The translations under genes and the position numbers were made by a program. From Hyphomicrobium sp. (lineage in GTDB: Bacteria; Pseudomonadota; Alphaproteobacteria; Rhizobiales; Hyphomicrobiaceae), in assembly GCA_016793445.1 (NCBI GenBank), contig JAEUME010000012.1, positions 2,607-66,606 on the forward strand: a DNA stretch of 64,000 nucleotides. The letters are read 5' to 3'. How positions within the stretch are numbered: the first letter of the stretch is position 1; each line of letters starts with the position of its first letter. Below the pieces are notes generated by a model, which saw only the letters and a list, made by a program, of their open reading frames with translations, did not search any database and was not told the DNA's origin. Positions 1-7,084 of this stretch are shown piece by piece.

Positions 1-92
1 ATTGGACGCCATTGACTGGGGCGATCGAAAAATTTCACGTGGAAGCGGATTTCGTACTCCGTTCCATCAAAGGGGTTTCTGATGCCTGACAT
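1..92 (-). CDS. First 30 codons of a gene running off the left edge; paralog of the 4668..5309 protein
   Basis: The reverse complement of 1..92 reads MSGIRNPFDGTEYEIRFHVKFFDRPSQWRP. This is 22/30 identical to MTGIRNSFDGAEYEIQFRVKFFNRPPQWRQ encoded at 5309..5220. DNA similarity continues a few tens of bp upstream of both ATGs. Confidence 0.55.
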   Translation of the reverse strand, partial: MSGIRNPFDGTEYEIRFHVKFFDRPSQWRP

Positions 93-412
93 TTGGAGTG
101 CCCTCCAAAATGGTTCTGGTCCCGGTTCTAGCGCCGTTCAGCGTCATGCCCGACGACAATCTGCGTTAAGATTGGACTTGTCTTGGTGCACGCCTGTTGA
201 TCTAAATCAAGTCGAGCGGACAATTATCGCACAGGCATCCGTTTGCGTCTGTCGTAAACTATCTGATTTCTGAACCCACAAAACTAGGTCTTAGCGCCTC
301 TCTAAGCGCCTGATTTTGTGACGTGCCGGGCATGATTCCGATGAGGGGTTTCTGAACCCCTCGGTTGGACGCCGTACCGAGGATTGGCACGCCCGAAACA
401 TGCATGAAGAGA

Positions 413-1186
413 TCACTCAAACTCTCCGGGGAATAAACCCTTGCCTACGTTATTCGCTATCCTTTGGGCGCGAAGAACGTATCGCTTTATCTTCGGACGT
501 TGGGAGTCGTAGTGACTAAGTTTTCTGATCGCCCGCTTCTGAGCAGGCGTCGAAGCAACTTCCAGTTCCTTTATCGCCGCAACGTAGACCGCTAGCGACG
601 GCGGGACGTAGACCGTTGGTCTATCCCAACCCTTGCTGCGCACTTCAGCGTTCCATCGAATTGCCCATTCGTGATACTCAACAGCGGTGGCATCAAGATC
701 GCGGTGATTTTTTAAGAACATTTGGTAGAGGCGTAGCATCCCTCGAAGAACATCGCGCCGAATAATCCGCTTTGCAGTTATTTGAAAAGGTGCTTGAGAC
801 CTTCCTATTTTGCCCCGCGGTCGTTGTCTAAGTTCTGACTTGACGATCTTCTCCAACCCCGCGGTGCGGACTTTAGAGAGCGAGTTCAAAGGCACTCGGA
901 CGAGGACATATGCATGGTCCTGCAAGACTGACGTTGCCTCATCCGCCGAACGAACGACAGAAACATCGCTTGCTGGTTCGGCGAAGAGTCGACGCCAATG
1001 ATCTTCCCACCACTCATCGAAGTCGGCGTCTCGAACGTTGCCCCACGTTTCGTAGATCGAGTGGTTGACCGTGACTTTTGGATCGCTGAGTGCCGCCTTC
1101 AGGTACTCGAACCACAGTCTATACGGTTCGATCATGCGCCTAGGCAGTTTATTGCTCTCGTCACCCTCAAAGGACTTCCGCGACAT
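413..1186 (-). CDS. Hypothetical protein, 257 aa, Trp/Arg-rich, no domain recognised
   Basis: It is the longest ORF in its region. It is divergent from the 1408..2998 operon, and the antisense ORFs on the + strand are short and low-complexity. Confidence 0.6.
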   Translation of the reverse strand: MSRKSFEGDESNKLPRRMIEPYRLWFEYLKAALSDPKVTVNHSIYETWGNVRDADFDEWWEDHWRRLFAEPASDVSVVRSADEATSVLQDHAYVLVRVPLNSLSKVRTAGLEKIVKSELRQRPRGKIGRSQAPFQITAKRIIRRDVLRGMLRLYQMFLKNHRDLDATAVEYHEWAIRWNAEVRSKGWDRPTVYVPPSLAVYVAAIKELEVASTPAQKRAIRKLSHYDSQRPKIKRYVLRAQRIANNVGKGLFPGEFE

Positions 1187-1201
1187 TTCTCATCCCGATC
1201 C

Positions 1202-1218
1202 GTCTGCTCATGGGCAGA
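1202..1218. repeat. GTCTGCTCATGGGCAGA, a near-copy of the 3000..3019 palindrome, in the divergent promoter region
   Basis: Read directly from the sequence. It matches GTCTGCTCATGAGCAGA at 3001..3017 at 16/17 positions and has TCTGC/GCAGA inverted arms. Confidence 0.6.
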
Positions 1219-1407
1219 AGCATGGGCAAAAATCGAGACTGCTCAAGATGCAGAATATACAACTTAAGCGGGTACAAGATTGCTACTTTTAGTTGCCGCC
1301 AGCGTTCGCGCGCCGGACGTCTGGCGTGTCTTTACTTGAGTGTGCCGGATATATTGAGATCATCAAGAACATTTCGTTCCTGATTTCATAGAAAAAGGAA
1401 GTATAAA

Positions 1408-1626
1408 ATGAGAGATGCAAGAATTTATAATTCGGATACAATTAGGGACTGCGTCAGTGATGTGTCTTTCCATGTACGAAGACTTAAGGACGTTTGGAAT
1501 ATACTTCGAACTGAGTTGCAAAATGCCGATGACCAATTGTCTGATGAGGACTTCGATGAGTTCCTAGAACGCTGCGGGTTAGTCCCTTGGGTCGCAGACT
1601 TGATCCTTGCTGATGCGCTTAACTGA
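1408..1626 (+). CDS. Small acidic hypothetical protein (72 aa)
   Basis: An AGGAAG Shine-Dalgarno sequence lies about 8 nt upstream of the ATG. The gene sits 14 nt upstream of the next gene on the same strand, and its C-terminus is acidic (DDQLSDEDFDEF). Confidence 0.55.
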   Translation: MRDARIYNSDTIRDCVSDVSFHVRRLKDVWNILRTELQNADDQLSDEDFDEFLERCGLVPWVADLILADALN

Positions 1627-1640
1627 AGGAGCATTCGGCA

Positions 1641-2270
1641 ATGGAGACCAATATCTCATCCTCTGAACAGAGGGACGTCCAAGAACGGGTTGAACGGGTA
1701 ACAAGTCTTGTGAAAGACTCTGCGGTTGCTTGGATTCAAATCGGTGTTGAATTTGCAGATGCCAAAGATGGACTTTCAGTTCTCGCGTTTGACCGCTTCT
1801 TGAACGATTCGGGGTTCACCCGTGCCGTCGGAGATAAACTCGTCTGCATTGGAAAATGTACTGCCCTCCGCTCTGAGCGTGCAAAGCAGTTTGTTGGATT
1901 CATCGATGGTTGGACCACCCTCTATGAGGTCACCAAACTCGGTCCGGTCCAAGTGGATCGTCTCTGGGATGCGTTGGAGCAGGACGCAAACCTTCGATTG
2001 TCACGTGCGGTTGTTCAAAACATCGCGCGGGGAAGTCCGCTGCAGGATCGCATCATCGTCCTTGGTCTGGTCGAGGTCAGTGAATCTAAACTGAAAGGCA
2101 TGACCTCATCGCAGATTGCGCTTGTGAAGTCGCGATTAGACGAGATCCATCGCCTGATCGACAATGCTCCCGCGGGCATCAAGTTTGCTGAGCGAAAGCA
2201 GAACATCAAACTTCTGGCGAACGTCCAAGCGGCGAACCAGACGATGCAGATCGTGAATACTGCTGCGTAG
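1641..2270 (+). CDS. Hypothetical protein (209 aa); the N-terminal region loosely resembles DUF3102-type plasmid/phage proteins
   Basis: An AAGGAG sequence lies about 10 nt upstream of the ATG. The segment AWIQIGVEFADAKDGL..FDRFLNDSGFTRAVGDKLVCIGK recalls the DUF3102 helix pattern. That resemblance is from memory and has not been searched. Confidence 0.6.
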   Translation: METNISSSEQRDVQERVERVTSLVKDSAVAWIQIGVEFADAKDGLSVLAFDRFLNDSGFTRAVGDKLVCIGKCTALRSERAKQFVGFIDGWTTLYEVTKLGPVQVDRLWDALEQDANLRLSRAVVQNIARGSPLQDRIIVLGLVEVSESKLKGMTSSQIALVKSRLDEIHRLIDNAPAGIKFAERKQNIKLLANVQAANQTMQIVNTAA

Positions 2271-2329
2271 CAAGCAATAGGGACGGCGAGTTTGTCGCCG
2301 TCCCTTCTACCCCAGGAACATAAGAGAAA

Positions 2330-2998
2330 ATGACAATGAAATCGAACTACGCAATATGGTCTGAGCGCCACCGACCGAATACCCTTGATGAATGTGTTCT
2401 TGAGGCGTTGTCGCCATCGCAAGAGGCATTTGTTCGCGCACTGCAAAAAGGATCACGACTGCCTAATCTTCTGTTCTACGGTTCACCTGGCACTGGTAAG
2501 ACGACCGTCGCGCGGATCTTGTGTGCAAGCAAGCGCTACTGTGTCCATCAGTTCAATGGTTCACTGATTGGCAAGTCGGACGTCGCAGAAGAATTGCAGA
2601 AGTATGCTCTCAGTGGCGCAATGCTATTTAGCGAGCAGCGTGTCATGCTGATTGATGAGATCGACGGCATTACAGAACAAGGGCAGATGGCATTACGTGC
2701 ACTCATGGAAGATCCTAGAGTGACGACCGCCTGGGTGCTTACCTGCAATTTGCGCAAGAAACTGATTGAACCACTGCGGTCTCGCTTGATCGAGATTGAT
2801 TTCAATTGTCCAACTCTCGAACACCGTCAGCGTCATTTTAAGGGCATACTTAGAAGATGCGGGCAGGTGCTCGCGGCGGAAGGCATCAACGATATTCCGG
2901 ATGACCAACTTCGAGATATGATTGAACTTGACTACCCCGACCTCAGGAAGATCATCACATCACTTCAAATGAAGTTCGGTTACCGCCACGCTGCCTGA
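2330..2998 (+). CDS. AAA+ ATPase, RFC small-subunit / clamp-loader-like, short form (222 aa)
   Basis: The N-terminal RPNTLDE box, Walker A GSPGTGKTT, Walker B MLIDEIDG, sensor-1 VLTCN and an SRC-like SRLIEIDF are all present. The protein ends soon after the lid and lacks the collar domain of clamp loaders. Confidence 0.8.
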   Translation: MTMKSNYAIWSERHRPNTLDECVLEALSPSQEAFVRALQKGSRLPNLLFYGSPGTGKTTVARILCASKRYCVHQFNGSLIGKSDVAEELQKYALSGAMLFSEQRVMLIDEIDGITEQGQMALRALMEDPRVTTAWVLTCNLRKKLIEPLRSRLIEIDFNCPTLEHRQRHFKGILRRCGQVLAAEGINDIPDDQLRDMIELDYPDLRKIITSLQMKFGYRHAA

Positions 2999-2999
2999 C

Positions 3000-3019
3000 A
3001 GTCTGCTCATGAGCAGACT
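3000..3019. repeat. Perfect 20-bp palindrome AGTCTGCTCATGAGCAGACT, 2 nt after the AAA+ stop codon
   Basis: Read directly; the sequence is self-complementary over all 20 nt. A near-copy lies at 1202..1218. Confidence 0.7.
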
Positions 3020-3080
3020 CAGTGAGCAATAGGAACACGGTGGAAGAGCAGGTCCTCTTTTCGTATTGATCGCGAGGAAG

Positions 3081-3284
3081 TCACACGCTCGCAAGAACTT
3101 TAGTTGCCCTCGTTAGATTCTGAACGCTTTCAGCGAAGCGTTTTGCATCTCGCGCTACGCCTTCTTGAACATACCTTCTCATCAGCGTTGCCTTCGGCGT
3201 GAAGGTGTGACGGCAAATCTGTTCGAGAGCATGCTCTGTCGCATCATCAAGGCGGAAGTGGTGCCTGATTTTGTAGTGGTTCAT
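3081..3284 (-). CDS. Small ribbon-helix-helix-like protein (67 aa)
   Basis: HHFRLDDATEHALEQICRHTFTPKATLMRRYVQEGV fits the strand-helix-helix layout of CopG/Arc-type proteins. This is pattern recognition only. Confidence 0.5.
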   Translation of the reverse strand: MNHYKIRHHFRLDDATEHALEQICRHTFTPKATLMRRYVQEGVARDAKRFAESVQNLTRATKVLASV

Positions 3285-3357
3285 CCGTAATAGTCCCTGA
3301 GTGAATGTTTGAGTAGGACCGGTGTTGGACTTGCGACCGTCACCGGACCGACATTTG

Positions 3358-3573
3358 TTACTGCTTCGTCTTCAGCACGAAGACGCGAATTCCGAAGTCA
3401 TCAGTGTCAATGCTATTAATCGCATCGGTCACATTATTTATCAGTGACTTCTTTTGCTGCGTCGCTGATTTTGTACCCTTGGGTACTCCCAGCGAAGAGA
3501 ACGCATGAAACTCTATCGTTAGACCCCTCATGATTGAGTTGAAGACGTTTTTGCTGGTGTTGAATGAACTCAT
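3358..3573 (-). CDS. Hypothetical protein (71 aa)
   Basis: Its ATG overlaps the stop codon of the upstream gene (ATGA at 3570..3573), which suggests translational coupling. Confidence 0.5.
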   Translation of the reverse strand: MSSFNTSKNVFNSIMRGLTIEFHAFSSLGVPKGTKSATQQKKSLINNVTDAINSIDTDDFGIRVFVLKTKQ

Positions 3574-3770
3574 TTCAGGTCGTCTCCATAGATTTCCTTT
3601 AGTCGTTCTACGAGATCCTGAACGGTTTCGACATTCTTGAAATATGTGCCCAGGTCTTCTGCGTCTCTAGAGTCGCCGCCGGATTTCACTACGTCATCTA
3701 AAGATTCGAGGAACAATAGTCGTCTTTGGATCCAAAAGATCTCTTGGGCATGCTCATCTGAATGAATCAT
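3570..3770 (-). CDS. Small acidic hypothetical protein (66 aa from the ATG at 3770; the track ORF extends to 3842)
   Basis: An AAGGAG sequence lies 7 nt upstream of the ATG at 3770, and none precedes 3842. The stop codon overlaps the start of the next gene. Confidence 0.55.
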   Translation of the reverse strand: MIHSDEHAQEIFWIQRRLLFLESLDDVVKSGGDSRDAEDLGTYFKNVETVQDLVERLKEIYGDDLK

Positions 3771-4667
3771 CTTTGTACTCCTTATATGGTTGGTTTTCAG
3801 CGAATCTGCTTCGCAGATTGTTCGCTCACTTTGTTCGCTCACGGATGTTATTTTGACTGAATCAAAGGTTGATGGTGACTTGAACCAGCGATGTCCAAAC
3901 CATCAAGACCAGTGTTTTGCGGCAGTGATCGGAGACACACTTATGCCGTTGCCGGCATAGGTGTCTCATGGGGTCTTGCGTATAGTGACCCGTCAACACA
4001 ACGAATAAGAGCAACCTCTTAGGTGAAAGAGGACAGGGCGGTTGGGCGGTCTCCTGTTTCGCTCTGCTTTACCAGCGCAACTTCATGGTCGCCTAGTCGT
4101 CGACTTCCAGAAGTTTGAGGGTCGCGAGTGTACGCGTTGCCCCCTCGTGACCAGACACCTGTTTTTGATGATCTCAAGCGGTGATGGTCTAAATGCAGTC
4201 CTACTACCTGCCGCAGCGCTCTTCACGCTAACGACAAAAAGACGATCTCCCACCGAATCGAATTTCAATCGCTACCGTCGTTCAACGGACGAAAGGATGC
4301 CGAACGTTTGACCGCATCTAGTCTATAGTGAGTAACTCCAATTATGGCGTGTACTTCTATTTATATGCACGGTCGTGAAATCCGTGACCTTGGAGAAAAT
4401 ATTTTTTGGCAGACAGGTGGCATCTTGACCAACTCCGTCGTTCCGTCGGGAAACACCGCTCGAGTGTCCCGCAATCTAACCTCAACGCTGTTTTGGCAGA
4501 GGCAAAGAAGGCGCTAGCGCAGAAGAAAAGCGTCAAGATCATTCTGATTAAGTAGGGTCACTAATCAGTTTCGAGGAACCTCGTGATCAGATGCCAAGCG
4601 TTCTTGGATCATTGCTCTAAGGCAGAGTGACCTCTGAAACGACAGGGGGAAACTCTGAGGCGCCACC

Positions 4668-5309
4668 CTAAGAAAATGTGCTGTTTATGAAGGCAATCCA
4701 CAGAAGGTATAACGCAAACGGAAGGGCGACAAACCAAAAACCCCCAGTGTATGAGGTGATGACCAGAAGCAATACAAAGAAGACGATGATTTTTGCACTG
4801 GCACCAACAAATTCTCGGTAGCGTTCTGCTTCCTCTGCCTCCTCCTTTGCCCGCATTTCTGCTTTTTCAGCGTCGACTTCCTGCTGTTGCTTCAGGTCGG
4901 TCCAAGTGATGTGTTTGCTGCCGAATAGAATACTCATACGCTTCGTGCGTTCGGATGGTTTCCTATCTGCATCAACATAAGGCGTGAGTTCAGCAGGTGA
5001 CGTTTGATATACTTGTTGAGGTTTTGTTCGATAAGTTGATTTGGGTGTCTCTTTAAAGCGATCAATTCCCAGTTGTTCTCTAGTGAGGGGTTTCCTTAGC
5101 GCTGGTTGCTGGTGAACTTCTGAGCAACCGATCACCCTAACTTCCGCCCCACCAGCATATTTTGCTTTTATGCAATCGATAGCATCGTTCCTCGTTCGTG
5201 CAGTTACTCTTTCAGTCATTTGACGCCATTGAGGCGGGCGATTGAAAAATTTCACTCGGAACTGAATTTCGTACTCTGCGCCATCAAAAGAGTTTCTAAT
5301 GCCGGTCAT
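4668..5309 (-). CDS. Membrane-anchored hypothetical protein (about 213 aa)
   Basis: The start is set at MTGIRNSF because the paralog at 1..92 starts there. The layout is a small N-terminal domain, a charged coiled-coil-like stretch (AEKAEMRAKEEAEEAERY) and two C-terminal hydrophobic helices (IIVFFVLLLVITSY, FWFVALPFALYLLWIAF). Confidence 0.65.
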   Translation of the reverse strand: MTGIRNSFDGAEYEIQFRVKFFNRPPQWRQMTERVTARTRNDAIDCIKAKYAGGAEVRVIGCSEVHQQPALRKPLTREQLGIDRFKETPKSTYRTKPQQVYQTSPAELTPYVDADRKPSERTKRMSILFGSKHITWTDLKQQQEVDAEKAEMRAKEEAEEAERYREFVGASAKIIVFFVLLLVITSYTGGFWFVALPFALYLLWIAFINSTFS

Positions 5310-5660
5310 ATTGGTTTGCCCTGCAATGCACTGCCTTGGCATTGGTTCTTAGTTTGATCTAGGTGGTGCTACGCCTGCCCAGTCGGTAGTCTTGATGCAC
5401 GCAAGCATCCTAGTCGATAATTTGCGAACAGAATTTAGAACGCAACAGTGTTGGGCAGGGCGTACCATTTCGATCGAAGATAACTACGAAGTCTGCTTCT
5501 CTTGTTCGTTCAGCGATCTGGATTATTTGCGTTTGTGGGGCGGATATTTCCGCACCTTCTCGGACCACCAAGCGGCGCTTACAAACGAGTTTCAAACATA
5601 GTATAACTTATTGAAAATAATGATAAAAAAGTAAAAGTGGTTATTGAGTGGGAATGATCT

Positions 5661-5700
5661 GAAAAAAAGACGAAAAAGGCCCGCCACGTGGCGGGCCTTT
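5661..5700 (-). terminator. Rho-independent terminator downstream of the Tyr-rich protein gene
   Basis: The GGCCCGCC-ACGT-GGCGGGCC stem occupies 5678..5697. On the minus strand it is followed by TTTTTCGTCTTTTTTT, and it lies about 35 nt after the stop at 5735. Confidence 0.75.
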
Positions 5701-5734
5701 GTTCAGTCGGACCTTGTCTCAAGCTGCGCCTCGA

Positions 5735-6145
5735 CTAGTGCCGGTGCCGGTGCTTGCCGCCACCGTAGCGCCAGTGCGCGGCGCGAACGCGCGGATAGGC
5801 CATATTGTAGCCGCGGTAATGATGACGCCAGCCATAAGCATAGGCCCGGGAGCGGGGATAGTAACCGTAGCTGTAGACGCGCGGTCCGTAATAGCCGTAG
5901 CTGTAATAACGGCGGGGCGCGTAATAATAGTCGTCATAGTCGCCATAATAGTAAGGATAGTCGTCGTAATAGCGATAATAGCCGCGATTATATCGCGACA
6001 AAGCGATGCCGGCGATCACCGCTGATGCGACACCGAAAGCGATCGCGCCCCCGCGATAACGCCGGGCCTCGGCATTTTGTGCGCTGACGGTCATGGCCGA
6101 GATGGCCGTCATCAATGCAAGCGCTATTGAAGCGAGAACACGCAT
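5735..6145 (-). CDS. Secreted Tyr/Arg/Gly-rich low-complexity protein (136 aa)
   Basis: A GGAGG sequence lies 8 nt upstream of the ATG at 6145. The signal peptide is MRVLASIALALMTAISAMTVSAQ. A hydrophobic segment is followed by YYRYYDDYPYYYGDYDDYYY..YSYGYYGPRVYSYGYYP and a KHRHRH tail. Confidence 0.7.
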   Translation of the reverse strand: MRVLASIALALMTAISAMTVSAQNAEARRYRGGAIAFGVASAVIAGIALSRYNRGYYRYYDDYPYYYGDYDDYYYAPRRYYSYGYYGPRVYSYGYYPRSRAYAYGWRHHYRGYNMAYPRVRAAHWRYGGGKHRHRH

Positions 6146-6314
6146 GACTATAGCCTCCATGTGTCCCGAGCGGGGCAGCGGGGCCTATCGCACGGGGCTC
6201 GTTACCTCACCTGACAATGCTCTCAAAGCGGCCTGATTTCAACGTCGGTCGCGTGAAGACAATATCGCGGTTATGTGAGGTAACTTGAATGGGCTGCACG
6301 AGTTCCCAGACCGC

Positions 6315-6355
6315 CAAAAAAGATAGTGGGACAGGATGCGGGGTCCTGTCCCACT
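6315..6355 (-). terminator. Strong hairpin plus T-tract (minus strand)
   Basis: A perfect 12-bp stem AGTGGGACAGGA/TCCTGTCCCACT spans 6325..6355. On the minus strand it is followed by ATCTTTTTTGG. Confidence 0.6.
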
Positions 6356-6692
6356 AGCGCCGCCTCGAAACTACGCGAAACTAATCCGAGACGCTCTTTT
6401 GCGGTGCCCACGGCTGCCTTTGCGGGTGAGGCAACGTGCGACCAACACATCGATAACGACTCGATCCAGGATTTATTCTCCGCCCTCGCGCCGCTTCCGG
6501 CAAATTTTTCTGACCGAGGGCAGGGAGTTGACGGCGGCTTATCTGTGCTTAGAGCATTCCGCTAGTTATCGGCCCTTCCAAAAGCAGGACCGCCGGCCCG
6601 GGAGCGTAGCCCCGTGAACCGGCGGCGGCAGCATCAGCAGCATCACAAGGCTATCCGGCTAAGGAGGAGTTCGACCCTGCCGGCCGGCCTGT

Positions 6693-6935
6693 TTACCACC
6701 AGCCCTTGCATTCGAAATAACGGCGTTTCCAGCGTAGCAGGCCGGTATCCTCCCACATCTCGCGGTAGAAGCTGCAATTGCGCATCGGGGGGCCAATTCT
6801 CAAGAACAGACCGTGGCGGTGGTGGAAGCCGTGGAAGTGATGGCCATGAAGGCCGTGTGCGCTTGCGCTTGCCGCACCTGCTCCGGCCGCGCCCACGAGC
6901 GCGAGCGCAGCAACGATGATGGACTTTTTGGTCAT
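6693..6935 (-). CDS. Small secreted His-rich protein (80 aa)
   Basis: A GAGGAG sequence lies 9 nt upstream of the ATG. The signal peptide is MTKKSIIVAALALVGAAGAGAASASA, followed by HGLHGHHFHGFHHRHG and a two-Cys C-terminal module (NCSFYREMWEDTGLLRWKRRYFECKGWW). Confidence 0.65.
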   Translation of the reverse strand: MTKKSIIVAALALVGAAGAGAASASAHGLHGHHFHGFHHRHGLFLRIGPPMRNCSFYREMWEDTGLLRWKRRYFECKGWW

Positions 6936-7084
6936 AGGCGAAATCTCCTCAAACAGTTTGCAGAAGCCCCGGGGCCGGGCTTCGCTTTGATCAGTGGCGG
7001 CAGATTGCCGGTCACTGATCGCAAGATGTCAGGAGGACAAGGGCCGGGCTGTTCCGGGTGGAACAGTGAGTGCGAAGGGGGACT

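Larger units (their letters stand above)
1..5650. other. Lower-GC, ORFan-rich accessory segment (right-hand part; the left end lies outside the window)
   Basis: Sampled lines are roughly 30-53% GC, against about 65-70% in the flanking core genes. Almost no protein here carries a recognisable housekeeping signature. The change to high GC falls near the AT-rich stretch and terminator at 5600..5700. Confidence 0.5.

Noticed and set aside
4228-4330. A reading that starts ANDKK..., reminiscent of a tmRNA tag (ssrA is a common island insertion site)
   Set aside because: The reading frame is about 34 codons long and ends in SSL, not a hydrophobic AA-type tag. I found no tRNA-like acceptor/T-arm or alphaproteobacterial two-piece tmRNA features nearby.
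5392-5601. Overlapping 69-aa (+) and 61-aa (-) ORFs at the right edge of the low-GC block
   Set aside because: Both use weak TTG-type starts without SD sequences, and they overlap each other completely. Neither can be preferred, so the stretch is left unannotated.
5644-6087. Plus-strand ORFs (147 and 108 aa) opposite the Tyr-rich protein gene
   Set aside because: They are low-complexity mirror frames. The minus-strand gene has an SD, a signal peptide and a terminator; these ORFs have none.
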